Assembly: GCA_000002445.1 (NCBI GenBank) | Contig: CM000207.1 | Location: forward strand, 1,792,001 to 1,856,000 | Length of the DNA: 64,000 bases | From: Trypanosoma brucei | Taxonomy: Eukaryota | Reading direction: 5' to 3' | Shown: positions 31,192 through 42,605 of the stretch, piece after piece | Numbering within the stretch: the first letter of the stretch is position 1 | How the letters are laid out: each line of letters starts with the position of its first letter | Notes under the pieces: generated by a model | Told to the model about the DNA's origin: nothing | Databases searched by the model: none | The model's input: only the letters and a program-made list of their open reading frames with translations | Position numbers and translations under genes: made by a program

Positions 31192-32358
31192 ATGTCTTTC
31201 GGTAGGTTATTGAAGCAGCAACGGTTGCCTGCTTGGCAGCTAAACCTCACCCCTAGGATCGTGTGCGTAATTCTTTGGACAATCGCTTTCATTTGCATCC
31301 CACTTGGTATTTTCGTGGAGTTCTGCAATAGAAACGCGAAGGAGGCCTCCTTTCGATACGATAATGAGCCAACAAAATGCACTGAAGAAACCTTTAGCTT
31401 AATTGGGGGGCAAGGCACTGGAAAAAGAACGGTTTGTGAGACACATTTTGAATTTGTTCTGGCTGAAACCTTGAGGCAGCCAGTGTATTTTTATTACGGC
31501 CTGACGAAAATGTATCAGAACCACCGGCGATACACCAACTCGCGAAGCGGTAAGCAACTGATGGGCGCTGATGTGCGTAGTGAAACGGACGCAAACCCAT
31601 TTGTTATCCCAGGGGACACAATGGATAACACCAACAAGCCAATAGAGTTTGGAGGTAGAAACCATACTTATAAGGATTTCGTGTATGTACCGGTAGGCCT
31701 CGTCGCATGGTCCATGTTTAACGATACGTTTACGCTCTTTAGGAAGGAAAAGAATGGTTCCAACCCGGGTGAAGTGCTCATATGCAATGGAACGGATTTC
31801 TCCAGACATACCAATAAACCACTTCATCGATCTGTCTCACACAATCACTGCGACAAGAACGGTATTGCATGGGAATCTGATATTAAAAAGAAGTTTCTGG
31901 AACCGAAGTGGGACGGGTCAGGTCCCGTGTGGACGGCACCGCGCAGTGAGTATGGTAAACCCTCTATTGAGTCCAATGACACGTATTTTAACAATGGTTG
32001 GTACGCGGGTGAAGAGGGACACATGATACCAGTGGTCACAGATGAGGATTTCATGGTTTGGATGCGCGCTTCTCCCCTCCCAAATGTCCGTAAACTCTAT
32101 CGCATCATCCGAACGGACCTTCGTGCCGGCAAATATGTCATGAAAATTCGCCAAAACTACAACACAAAGCCATACGGCGGCGAAAAATCGTTCATATTTT
32201 TGCAGCCCTCCATGTTGGGCGGGAAACTCACTTCGCTTTCCATCACTTACTTTGCTGTTGGTGGTTTGGCGTTAATATTCACTGTGCTAGTTTTATTCGC
32301 TAGTCATGTGTGGGGTCATCACTCCTTTGCGGTCGTGGAGCGATTGCTAACAAAATAA
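31192..32358 (+). CDS. CDC50: CDC50/LEM3-family protein (beta-subunit of P4-ATPase phospholipid flippases)
   Basis: 388-aa ORF with an N-terminal TM helix (IVCVILWTIAFICIPLGIFV) and a C-terminal TM helix (ITYFAVGGLALIFTVLVLFA) flanking a large lumenal domain. That domain contains the family-diagnostic motif PVYFYYGLTKMYQNHRRY (compare PVYVYYELxNFYQNHRRY) and conserved Cys and N-glycosylation sites. Confidence 0.85.
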   Translation: MSFGRLLKQQRLPAWQLNLTPRIVCVILWTIAFICIPLGIFVEFCNRNAKEASFRYDNEPTKCTEETFSLIGGQGTGKRTVCETHFEFVLAETLRQPVYFYYGLTKMYQNHRRYTNSRSGKQLMGADVRSETDANPFVIPGDTMDNTNKPIEFGGRNHTYKDFVYVPVGLVAWSMFNDTFTLFRKEKNGSNPGEVLICNGTDFSRHTNKPLHRSVSHNHCDKNGIAWESDIKKKFLEPKWDGSGPVWTAPRSEYGKPSIESNDTYFNNGWYAGEEGHMIPVVTDEDFMVWMRASPLPNVRKLYRIIRTDLRAGKYVMKIRQNYNTKPYGGEKSFIFLQPSMLGGKLTSLSITYFAVGGLALIFTVLVLFASHVWGHHSFAVVERLLTK

Positions 32359-33500
32359 TCGGTACATTAAGGCACCTTGTGTTTCAACGCTTGTTTCATT
32401 TTTTTCTTTATAAACTATGAAATTTGACAAAATACAGAGGGAACAATATCGCCAAAAGAGGAGAAAGGTCGAAAAGCTAACATCACGGAGAGTAAAAACG
32501 ACCAGCGAAAGTATTAAAAAGGACGAGGAGAAGGACGTGATGGGTAAACTTCTCTTCCCACTTAGTTACCGCTTTTATTTCCCTTTTTTTTTATTTTTGC
32601 TTCCTTGGTATACATATACGCGTGTACGTAAACGTGTGTTTCTGCGCGTCTGTGGTGTGCCTTTGGATTTGCTGATATGAAATCGATTTTAACTTGTACG
32701 TGGAATTAAAGTTTGGCCCTATAAGACAGCTCCGGCGGAGGGAAGGAGGAACAGCATATGGGAGAATGTGAGGGAAGCGATGTTTTTGTTTGCGCGTGTT
32801 GTTGTTTTCCACCTGGTGACTGTTGTTTTGTCTATGTGTTTCAGTTGCAGGAGCTAGAATTGTGTGAGGCAGATGATAATTTGTGCTTACGCTCCCCAGC
32901 ATAGACCCCTATACCCATTGGTCGCTCCCTCAAGTTGTTATTTCTATTATTTCTATTATTCCTTTTCTCCTTTGTTCCATATATTCCTTCCTTTTCCACT
33001 CTTTTTTTTTTAACTCCGCATACATATATACATGTCTGTATATGTGTATATATATAAATATATAAATATATACATATGTACTGTGTTAGCTATCTTTGTT
33101 TGTTTTTACGTTCTTGTTTTTCTGTGTTTCCCATTCTCATACTCCTGAGGCGTTTGTTTCGTCTGTTGCAGTGTGGTTTGTGCCAATACGCCTTTTTCAT
33201 AGGTAGTCTCTTGTGGGGTCCCAATGGCTGTTTTTATTATTTTGCTACCTTTCTTTCCTTTTCAAAAAGAAAATATTATTAAAAGAGGAAAAAAACTCTC
33301 TATCATCTCCCGCTGAAGCCTCTAAGCTGCCGTCAGGTAGCCGCGCAAAAGGGCTTTCTGTATTTCAAATTTAAAGATTAATTATTTCCACTTTCCAACG
33401 GAACTATTTCGCCCTCTTTTGTTGTTGTTGTTGTTGTTTGCTTATACTTTTTCTACACTTTCTGTATTTCATTTAAAAATTTTTTTTTGGCACCGAGTCG

Positions 33501-34106
33501 ATGGATTTAGATATCGTTGACGATGCGGAGGTATATGCCAATTCTCTTCGGGATGCACGCATAGAAATTATGAGAGGCATGAGCAGTACTGGAGACGGGA
33601 AACTGGGGGAGAATTGCCATCCATTTCTAAAGGAAGTTGTGGTGGATGGGAGGCGGCAAGCAGAACAGCAGGCTGCGGTATTAGCCGCCACGGAATTTTT
33701 TATTAATGAACTTCTCACGTGCCTTGAATGCGGTATGGTTCTGAATGGTGTAAAAGAAAGTGAAGCTACGCAATGGCGCGTGTGGTTTCGCATATTTTTG
33801 TCTCTCTACGAAGCGTCGCCAGCTCCAACGCAGGCGCAGTGGGAGCACGAGATGCGGTTACAGAATTGTGAAACTTACTTCGGCGAAACTCTTGACTCCG
33901 GTTCAGATAATAATGACTGGGATGAAGAAGACGATGGCTCCAATGTGGAATTCCACCTTAGAACATTGGTCACTCACTGCCTCGCGGCCGCTCGAACCTG
34001 GCGTAGGCAACGTTGTGAAGCGGGAAATACCGAGCTCATGGCAAAATTGCAGCGTGCTACGTCTATTATGTGCGCCTTCGTGGAACCGCATTCACTGGAC
34101 TGGTAG
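33501..34106 (+). CDS. hypothetical protein (201 aa, acidic)
   Basis: ATG at 33501, + strand, non-repetitive. It contains a CxxC pair (TCLECGM) and an acidic stretch (DNNDWDEEDDGS). No family assigned. Confidence 0.5.
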   Translation: MDLDIVDDAEVYANSLRDARIEIMRGMSSTGDGKLGENCHPFLKEVVVDGRRQAEQQAAVLAATEFFINELLTCLECGMVLNGVKESEATQWRVWFRIFLSLYEASPAPTQAQWEHEMRLQNCETYFGETLDSGSDNNDWDEEDDGSNVEFHLRTLVTHCLAAARTWRRQRCEAGNTELMAKLQRATSIMCAFVEPHSLDW

Positions 34107-34440
34107 TATTAACTTTTCATTATTTATTACGGGTCTTATCACTTATGTGACAGACGCTATTGTTAGCGCATGTTGCGATTTCAGATGAGTGACGCTCCAG
34201 TTGGCGAAGAGGTGCGTGTTATTTACTCCAACGTATACTGTTACCGTTGTTTATTACTCGTTGAGCACATTTGACGCGAACTGTTTCTGTGCAAAAATGC
34301 CTATCTCTCCTTTGTGCTCGACTGTTTTTTCTTCTTCCTTCTCACCGCACTTCGTCTGCTTGCTCCTTTCCTGCCTTGCTGCTGTTACACTTTTGTACTT
34401 CACTTTACGCAAGCGTTATGTTCCTTCCTCCTTACACTTT

Positions 34441-34540
34441 TAGTTTTCCTCTTTTTTCCCCCTTAAAAAAATCTGTTCCCTTATTTTCCACGCTTAATAT
34501 ACCGCCGTTAGTTTTTTTTTGCTTTGCAAATTTTGGCTAG
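34441..34540 (+). promoter_or_regulatory. polypyrimidine-rich region upstream of the cap 2'-O-methyltransferase gene
   Basis: tagttttcctcttttttcccccttaaaaaaatctgttcccttattttccacgc...gtttttttttgctttgc, about 130-230 nt upstream of the ATG. Confidence 0.4.
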
Positions 34541-34672
34541 TTTGGTTGGGTGATACCCCTGCCCGGCAGGGAGTGTAGGCGTTTCCATTTTTTTTTTACT
34601 TAGTTTTTTTTCTTTTTACGAAAAAAGAAAAAAAAAACACGTCACTTCCTCCTTTGCTCGTGTGCGTTGGTT

Positions 34673-36208
34673 ATGTATCCTAGTCTTTTTAAGAAGCGAC
34701 CCCGTGATGATGATGCAAAATCAATATCGTTGAGTTTCCCCCCTGCCGTGGTGGAGCACTATCCATCAAAGCTTTCTTTTCCAGTTATTATTGACGCCAA
34801 CTTTCCCGCGCAGGAGTACTGTTCCCGCGGTGCTAGCGTGAAGAGCTCCATTCACTGGGGTCAACGGAAGCTTTTGCTTTCAGAGATTCAGCTGCTTTGC
34901 CTCTACGCACGACCAGATGTCTCATATCATATCGTATACGCCGGTTCTGCCCCTGGTACGCACTTGGCGTATCTTGACGAAATGTTTAGGGGACGACATA
35001 CATGGGAGCTTGTAGATCCGGGAAAGTTTGACCGCCCCGTGCTGGAGAAGCACCCTAACTTTACATTGCGAAATGAATTTTTTACTAATGCGACGGCATA
35101 TGGAATAAACGCTCGCCGTCTGTCGAATGTTTGCCCGGCACTCGGTGCTATTTACGAGCATGTAGCAGTTGACAGTGCAGATCCGCGTTTGAAGGACCTT
35201 CATCAAAAGTTACAAACCGTGATAGGAACGCATGACGTCGCCCGGGGGACGGAAAGCATCCCGTCTATGTATGAACCGCAGCGCCAGCTTCCTGTGGGTT
35301 TTGAGTTATTGTGCGCTGTAGCGAGGGAACGGGAACGGCCATTGTTGTTCATATCAGACATCCGTTCAGGGAGTGTGAACCTCCCGAACTTTGAGGATCA
35401 CGTGGCAGAAAACATGAAGGCACAGAAATGCTGGTGTCAGATCCTACAAGGTGAATTTAGCATGTTGAAATTCAGGTTGCCGTATACCCACAGAGGCAAA
35501 GGGGTTGGAGAGGGGAGGAAGAAGGTGCCTTCACACCTTATTGGGAAGGATGGCACCGTTACGTACCTCAAGGGAGACCTTCTACTCCCCATATGGACAC
35601 GCCCGACGAGCACTGAGGGACGTCTTGTGGTTGCTTGCGGCGCGCCGCAGGTATCGTACAATGTCCAATATGTGGAAAACCAATTCTTTTTCTTCAACGC
35701 GCACTTGCGGGAGAGGGTTCACTTCAATCATTTACTTCCACCTGATCTGGACCTCGACCATCACTACGACGCAGCTGCCGAGGTGAACTGTCTTCTTGCG
35801 TATCTGAAGTTTATTGATCCGAATTTAAGGAATGCCCCGGCCGACGTTTTGGCGCGTGAGGTGAAACGTGTTTCTTCTTCCATAACAGCGCAACTGCGGA
35901 CTACATTTCAAGACGCCATTCGGCGGAGGGATGCCCTCGTACTGAAGCACGCGCGCGGTGGGAACCTCGATGATGAAGATGGCGGTGAGAGCGACGGTGA
36001 GGAGCCTGGCGATTCTCCGCAATGCGCTGCTGATCACCAACGTCATAACAAGAACGGTTGTGCAGGCTCACCTATGGAGGAAATGGCGAAGGCTTTGATA
36101 GCAGCGGCTGCGAAGGAGAGGGCGCGGGTGTTGTGGAAGCGCAATGTGGAGGAGTCGGAGACGGATCCGCTTAGTGGGGTTTGGGTAACAACAAAAATGA
36201 AACAGTAA
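34673..36208 (+). CDS. vaccinia VP39-like mRNA cap ribose 2'-O-methyltransferase (kinetoplastid cap-4 MTr2/MTr3 type)
   Basis: The track ORF starts at a TTG at 34667; the ATG is 6 nt downstream. HWGQRKLLLSEIQLLCLYARPDVSYHIVYAGSAPGTHLAYLDEMF aligns with vaccinia VP39 [47 protein letters not shown] (K-D-K-E fold, SAM-binding GSAPGTH). The size, about 57 kDa, fits the larger trypanosome paralog (MTr3) from memory; this is not verified. Confidence 0.8.
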   Translation: MYPSLFKKRPRDDDAKSISLSFPPAVVEHYPSKLSFPVIIDANFPAQEYCSRGASVKSSIHWGQRKLLLSEIQLLCLYARPDVSYHIVYAGSAPGTHLAYLDEMFRGRHTWELVDPGKFDRPVLEKHPNFTLRNEFFTNATAYGINARRLSNVCPALGAIYEHVAVDSADPRLKDLHQKLQTVIGTHDVARGTESIPSMYEPQRQLPVGFELLCAVARERERPLLFISDIRSGSVNLPNFEDHVAENMKAQKCWCQILQGEFSMLKFRLPYTHRGKGVGEGRKKVPSHLIGKDGTVTYLKGDLLLPIWTRPTSTEGRLVVACGAPQVSYNVQYVENQFFFFNAHLRERVHFNHLLPPDLDLDHHYDAAAEVNCLLAYLKFIDPNLRNAPADVLAREVKRVSSSITAQLRTTFQDAIRRRDALVLKHARGGNLDDEDGGESDGEEPGDSPQCAADHQRHNKNGCAGSPMEEMAKALIAAAAKERARVLWKRNVEESETDPLSGVWVTTKMKQ

Positions 36209-37519
36209 TCATATGATATTTTGGTGGTTTAGTTATTCCGCGTGTTAAATGTACATGTGACCGTTTGTGAGCTGCAAAGAGCAATTTCCTGCTCGTAATA
36301 CGAGCGAAGGGGAACCCACAAAAAGATAAATGGGAGGAGGAGGAGGGGCAAATTTCCCCGCAGTTTATTCCGTTAGTTTTACATGGTGTTGCCGACCGTG
36401 CTTTCATGGAGCATATTCCATTTAATTTCCCTCTTTCCTCACTGGTGTGGGTGGTTGTATCGTTTGAATTGACTTCTTCCAAAAGTGGAACTCGCGTAAA
36501 GATATTCCTATTCCCTACTTTTACTCCCTAAACGATGAGTTGTCAGTTTGGTTGATGTTGTGGGGCGTACTTGGAATGTAAGGCCTGTAATGGTAGTGGC
36601 GGTGGCGGCGGCGTTAATGCATTGGGTTGGTACCAGTTTATTTCGTGTTGTACCATTTCTTTACCGGCACTGTTCCGTGAGTGATCTCGAGCGTTTTTAC
36701 TTTGCTCAGGTTCCCCCTTTTTCCCCTTTTGCAAAAGCAAAAGATAAATAAATAGTCTGATAAACCGTTGTCTGTCATTTTCCTCCCCTCTTTTCTCGCC
36801 TGCCCTTTCCCCCGATTGCTGCTGTGGTATGCCAAAAAGCGATGTGTGCGGGAGGATGTGTATGCGTACCACTGCGTGGCAACATTTTCCGCTGCTTTCG
36901 TGCGGTTCCCCCACATCCACTGGTCAACACTGCTGCTGTTCATGAATTATTGGGCGAGCAAATGCATAACTAAACAACAAAATGTTGTTAATTAAATATG
37001 TAAATGTGTAAATAAACAAACACTTATTTATTTACGCATACATGTACATACATATGTGAGTGTGTTGGGATACTTTGTTTGTTCATTTGTCTTGTTATTT
37101 TCGTATGGAGTGAAGAGCGAGAACGAATATATAAGTAAAAAAAAAGAAGAGAGAAAACAACAAGGAATACACGCCTTAATTCCTTTTTTTGTAAAAGGCG
37201 TCTATCAGAGCAAATAACTTTAAAAGAAAACTAGGTGAAGAAGTGGAGCAAAAGGGTTTATTTTGTTGTTGGAAGGAAAGAAAGCAGCACAGATAGCGCG
37301 CGTGTGTTGGTTCCTTTTGTGTAGGAAAGCGCACTGAAGTAGGGTAGAAAGAGAAAAAGAAAACGGAAGTGAGGGTGAATAGGGTGACGCTGACACGTGC
37401 GTGTGTGTGTTGTTTGGTTGCACCAAAGTAGCTATTTAGTGGAAGAAAATCCAGTTATTTGAATTGTCATCCCTCTAATTGGGGGAAGTGGGAAATCAGG
37501 TAAGTTGCAATTAGGGAGA

Positions 37520-40507
37520 ATGGCTAGTGCCCCCCGCCTTGGTCGCAAGGGAGGGAAAATTACTGCCTCACCCATTATCCCTACGCATGCGCTTACGCCT
37601 GGAAGTTCCACGTCGCCAGTTTCGCTTCACACACCCGGTGAGGGTACCACGATTATTGGCGACCCCAACGCTGCTCATCCTTTCGGCTCCGATATGCTCA
37701 CTGTTACGAAGAAACAAACCTCCGCGGAGGCTAATGTTCTTCAATTTGACGTGGGTGCAATCCAATTACTGGGAAAGGGTGTTGTTGTTGGAAGGGCAAA
37801 ACAGGCTCGGACACGGACGTACCAACCGCAATCCGATGCTACGGAGGTAAGACAGCGGTTGCATGGAGTTTTCTCAACGCGGCGAAGCAAGGTTCCGCAT
37901 CGCGCCGCGTCTGCAGGATTGGACGCACTTCAAGAGAGCGAAGTCGTTGCCACGCGAAAGTCGCAAGATACGTTATCACTTGTGGCTGCTTTGCTGTCTG
38001 CTGATCGAATGGCGAACATTCTCGTTGTTGTCTCCAAATACTACGAGCTGAGTCACGTCAGGTCGAGTGTTGAGGCCATTTTACGAGAAGAGGGAGAAGA
38101 TACTCAAAGTGTTGGTGTACTTTTTGGGCAAACTTTCGAGGGTAGCAAATCTACTCGCGCGTGGGTGATGACCGCGGATATGGCCCTCCTCTACATGACA
38201 CAATTGGGGAGTCCCGCTCCCTTTACGCATGTAGTTGTTCCTTGTTGCGTCGACACAACCTCGTCACTATCATGCTTTCTCAAGATGCTTGGTGGGTGGA
38301 TGATGAGTAACACACCTCGCTCCCAGTCCGTGCGGCTTGTTGTCACAACGGACTGCAGCAGCGATGGTCATGTTGCTAGGACAATTGGTGTACCGAGAGT
38401 CAAGATTCTGGATGACAAAGTAATCCGCCTGCACGAATTCTCGTACAATGAGGTGTGCGCTCTACTTGGAAAGCAAACCATGGAAATGGATAAGGATGCC
38501 GCGGGGAAATTCCCCAGCCCGCCGAAGCGACTTGTTGACTACACCGCGGATGTTGCCGCTGAGCTTGTGCGTTATGTTGTTACTCACACCCCTACGGCAC
38601 AGATCTTTTCTATATTTACCGCGGATGTTCGTGAAGTACTTACCGCCCTGCAGGGGGCCAAAATTGAGGATTGCACCGTGTACTCTACGCTGAAAAGCGC
38701 TGCTGACAAGGTTGAAACGAAACATCGTGTGCACGTCATAAATCATGTGAGTCATGCCTTGGATACCGAAAATGAATTCACAATGGTGCTAGACATGGGG
38801 ACCATACGGCGTTCATCTGTACAACACAAGTCGGAGAGTTTCATAGCGGCCAGCACTACAGAATGGGAATCCAAAGCTGAGCAGGCCGAACGCAAGTCTA
38901 TTCTTGGCGAAAACACCACTTGTTGCTACTTTGCCCTCTTTCAGGATGATGTCGGTGCCTCTTTCCAAGACGAAGCCCAGTTCCTTCCGGACATATTCAA
39001 TGTGGAGAACGCCTTCGTGCAATGCGCACGACTGAACCTTTCGGTATGTGAGGTGGGTCGCTTGTTACCCTCCGTTCCACGTGATGTTGTTGATCAAGTG
39101 ATGCAGAAGGTCGCAGAAAAATGTATGATTTCGACTCCGGACAGTCTTGACATCACGTTTCTTGGTGAAATAAAGTCACGACTGCCGGTTGAGATAGACG
39201 TTGCGTATTTGATAATGGGTGGTTGCAGCCTGGGGCTCGGAGAGGCAACACTTGTGGTTAGTGCAGTGATTGCGCTGCCCTTCCGATCTACTGCACCTCC
39301 TACCTACACCGTGAACCGTTGGACTGAGGCTACTCAGGAAAGTCGGAAGAGATGTGCTGGCGATATTGCATTATCTAGTGACCTTCTCGCTGATGCGTTC
39401 GTGTTTTTGGAGTGGCTTAGGCTCCGTACTACCGGTGCAGCGACAGCTACCTTCCTTGAGGCGTTTCTTGTGCAGGAATTCAAGTTTGAAAAAATAGAAG
39501 GATTGATGAACCACATGAGAGATCAGTTGATGAACTACGCGTTTTTGGATCGCCTGGATGACGTGGACACCGTAAATAAGGTTGCAGAATCCTTGAGGGA
39601 GAATGCATCGACGATGCTCATGTTGTTGTCTATGGCTCTCTCTCGTCGTGCGGCGTTTATTCGTGATGCGGGCCACATAAACGAGAAGGATCGTCACGCC
39701 TCCATGGTATTTGTGCGTACTTCTAAGCAGCTAGTGGTTCATCCATTTATCCCTTCAGGTGCCAGATGGGAGACAGGCGGAATCGTGATCCCTGTGATTC
39801 TGAAGAACAGTACCACAATTCTGGGGGGAATGTTTTCCCTTGTGGACACTTCACTTTTCTTTGCATCTCTGCTACTACTTTACCCACAAATTGAATATTC
39901 CAGGCCGGTGACAACCGAAAGGGGCCGCGTAGTGTACTTCGGCGTTGCGTGCAACTGGCAAATGAAGCGTTTCGTTGTTTCTATTGATGATGCAACACAA
40001 ATTCTTGATTTCAGGGAGAACATCAACACAGCAATAGGGTGCATGCGGGCGCTGCGTATGCTCCCCCACCCCATTTCAAAGACTAGGTTTGCCATAGCGC
40101 TGAAGGAACACGACCGCTTCTTTGACATGGAAAGACTTCACAGAGAAACACAGCGCCGACTCCACAGTCTCGCCGCTGCTCTGAACGTACAGGAACACCA
40201 AGGTAGTTTTGAAACGTTCGCAAAGCATTACACCGCGCCGAAGGAAATAATTCCGTTCAATGATGTGGCGGCAACGGATGTATTGTTGCTTCGTCGCTTT
40301 GCCGACGGCACGCTATGGGACGAACAGCGGCCTTCGCCGCAAAGCGCACCGGCAATTGGGTCAAGTCCCCAAAAATCAGCAGTATTAACTCCCTTCGATA
40401 CCGCTATCCCTGCACCGTACGACGATGACGACGATGACGTGCAAATCATCCAAAACTCCTACTTTATGCTGCATGGACCACTCATTGAGGATGATGACGA
40501 TGATTAA
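37520..40507 (+). CDS. hypothetical protein (about 995 aa) with an acidic C-terminal tail
   Basis: The track ORF starts at a TTG at 37505; the first ATG is 37520 (MASAPRLGRKGG...). Long non-repetitive ORF ending ...PYDDDDDDVQIIQNSYFMLHGPLIEDDDDD. No recognisable catalytic motif. Confidence 0.6.
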   Translation: MASAPRLGRKGGKITASPIIPTHALTPGSSTSPVSLHTPGEGTTIIGDPNAAHPFGSDMLTVTKKQTSAEANVLQFDVGAIQLLGKGVVVGRAKQARTRTYQPQSDATEVRQRLHGVFSTRRSKVPHRAASAGLDALQESEVVATRKSQDTLSLVAALLSADRMANILVVVSKYYELSHVRSSVEAILREEGEDTQSVGVLFGQTFEGSKSTRAWVMTADMALLYMTQLGSPAPFTHVVVPCCVDTTSSLSCFLKMLGGWMMSNTPRSQSVRLVVTTDCSSDGHVARTIGVPRVKILDDKVIRLHEFSYNEVCALLGKQTMEMDKDAAGKFPSPPKRLVDYTADVAAELVRYVVTHTPTAQIFSIFTADVREVLTALQGAKIEDCTVYSTLKSAADKVETKHRVHVINHVSHALDTENEFTMVLDMGTIRRSSVQHKSESFIAASTTEWESKAEQAERKSILGENTTCCYFALFQDDVGASFQDEAQFLPDIFNVENAFVQCARLNLSVCEVGRLLPSVPRDVVDQVMQKVAEKCMISTPDSLDITFLGEIKSRLPVEIDVAYLIMGGCSLGLGEATLVVSAVIALPFRSTAPPTYTVNRWTEATQESRKRCAGDIALSSDLLADAFVFLEWLRLRTTGAATATFLEAFLVQEFKFEKIEGLMNHMRDQLMNYAFLDRLDDVDTVNKVAESLRENASTMLMLLSMALSRRAAFIRDAGHINEKDRHASMVFVRTSKQLVVHPFIPSGARWETGGIVIPVILKNSTTILGGMFSLVDTSLFFASLLLLYPQIEYSRPVTTERGRVVYFGVACNWQMKRFVVSIDDATQILDFRENINTAIGCMRALRMLPHPISKTRFAIALKEHDRFFDMERLHRETQRRLHSLAAALNVQEHQGSFETFAKHYTAPKEIIPFNDVAATDVLLLRRFADGTLWDEQRPSPQSAPAIGSSPQKSAVLTPFDTAIPAPYDDDDDDVQIIQNSYFMLHGPLIEDDDDD

Positions 40508-42053
40508 AGTTGAGGACGTTTCCGTGTGGATCCTTTTGCAACGTTGTTGCTCAAGCTTTTGGGGTTACATAGACTTGCAGACACCTCCTCTGTTTCCCTT
40601 CCGCGCAATCTTTGTAGCTGGCACTTCTGCGACCACATCAATAGGTGACGTAAAAAGGGGTACACGGGATGAATATACAAATGTCTCTGAAGTCAGAGAG
40701 GTACTGAGGGGCTGGTGCAGAGGGATCAGGGACTAGGAAAGAGTGTGGTCCCGGCGATGAGCAGAAGGATAAAAATGGGGAATGTGAGTGTTATTGATTG
40801 ATGATGAATGTGTTGTTGTTGAGGCAGAGGGGAGAAGAGCGGGGTAGATATTACAGGAATTTGAAAGAAGGAAGGGGGAGGAGTGTGAGAGCGTGACTGA
40901 TTTATATTGTGGAATATGCGCTGTGTCGTGGGTATATTCGTGTGTGTGTATGTGTGTTTGCTAGTGCGTTGGGTGGAAGGGGAGCAAGAGGGGTGATTTG
41001 TTGAGGTGACGCCTCTGAGTGTGCGGATGTTTCGCGGCACTGGTAAAAAAGCCCACAAACGGGCGTATCGTTTTCTTTTTTTTCTTATTTATTCCTTGTT
41101 CGGTCTCTCCTACTGGGTTGCGACTCCAAGGGCGAGAAGATATACGGAAAAAAAGAATGCCAACTCAAAAAGGTTGAATATTTAAGTTTCTTTATGTATA
41201 TACGTCCCTTGATTTTCGCACGTTTTGATGCATCAGTCAATTACCGTCGTTTGGGGGGTTCTCCTTTATTTTGGAGATTGCACCACATGGGGGTTGAGGT
41301 GCCTGGAGTGTATCGTCCGAATAGCCCCTTACGTCCCCTAGGCATTTTGTTACCCCTCCTTTTTTTAAAGTGACGCATTGTTGAAACTCTACTTACACGG
41401 ATCAAGCGCCCGCTCATCTCGTTCTCTCCTTTTTCTTTTTGTTAACCGTTTTACTTCTCTGCTCGTACTCTGTCCTTCGATTTTTAAAAATCCCCCACCG
41501 CTGGGTTTTTTTTCTGTCTGACATTTCAATGAGGCCACTTGTTATTGTCTAAGGCGCTTGCGATTCTCTATGTTTTGTGTGCATGTCCCTTATATCACTG
41601 CTGTGCCTTTGCAACTGTCTCTCTCTCTACTACCTTTTCTTTTCTGCACTGTTCCATTTTACCAAACTTCTACCGTAAGCGATCTTCGTAGTTGAGTACT
41701 TCACGTACGCAACACGGGGGGTACGCATATATCCAACAGCCGCTTTGAATAAGGCGTTAGGGAAGGAGACATTACAAGTGGTAAGTGTAAAGGGTTTAGA
41801 AACTCCTGAAGGGGGACTGGAGAAATCCGTCTGCGTCGGCTCTTACCCCCTCCGTCACTTTGAAAGCGAACTACTCTGACACATTTTAGGAGAGGGAACA
41901 CATAACTTACCATTCAGGCATTACGCTCGCACTCTTCCACCGGCAAATCCACACAAAGTGAGTTGACATTACGTTAACAGAAAGTAGGGGGTATAGGTGG
42001 TGCTGCATACCCGAACCTGTTATTTGAATGATAGTTTCGTGTGAACCCGTACG

Positions 42054-42605
42054 ATGAGTTACCTACCCGACGCGGAGATTGACGCACTCATTCGTGAGGA
42101 CGAGGAGCGGCGCGCCGGCCGCGGCAACATTTCCATAGCCGAACTATTTAGTGTGCCAACGCCACCGGCTGTGAAGCCACCGACTCCACCACCTCCGAAG
42201 AAGAAGTTAAGAGGCCTCATCTGTGAAATGCTACCAGTAGAGGATGAGGAGTTTTTATGTGATGAATACGATGAACTGGCCCGTTCCCCTAATGATATGG
42301 ACAGGTGGGTGGGACATCATCGGGATCCTCCTCCGCCGCACTACAGTGGCCCGGTGCTGACTCTTAAGTCATGGGGGCCGTACACCCGTTTTGAAGTTTT
42401 GTCGAGCCTTCCCCCGGTGCCACCACGATTCGATGGAAAGAAGAAGGTTTGTAATCGAAGTCGGCATTACCCTAGACCCGCCCTTCCAAAGTGTAATAAA
42501 TCTTTAGACCAGAAAAAACAGTCTAATTCTTTGTGGTTGTGGAAGCGTAGCATGGGTTTTCTTAGCGAAGAGAATCGGTCAACTGGTGTGACTGAAAATC
42601 AGTAG
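42054..42605 (+). CDS. hypothetical proline-rich protein (183 aa)
   Basis: ATG at 42054 preceded by a polypyrimidine tract. Contains PTPPAVKPPTPPPPKKK and DPPPPHYSGP motifs. No homology recognised. Moderate confidence that it is a real gene. Confidence 0.45.
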   Translation: MSYLPDAEIDALIREDEERRAGRGNISIAELFSVPTPPAVKPPTPPPPKKKLRGLICEMLPVEDEEFLCDEYDELARSPNDMDRWVGHHRDPPPPHYSGPVLTLKSWGPYTRFEVLSSLPPVPPRFDGKKKVCNRSRHYPRPALPKCNKSLDQKKQSNSLWLWKRSMGFLSEENRSTGVTENQ

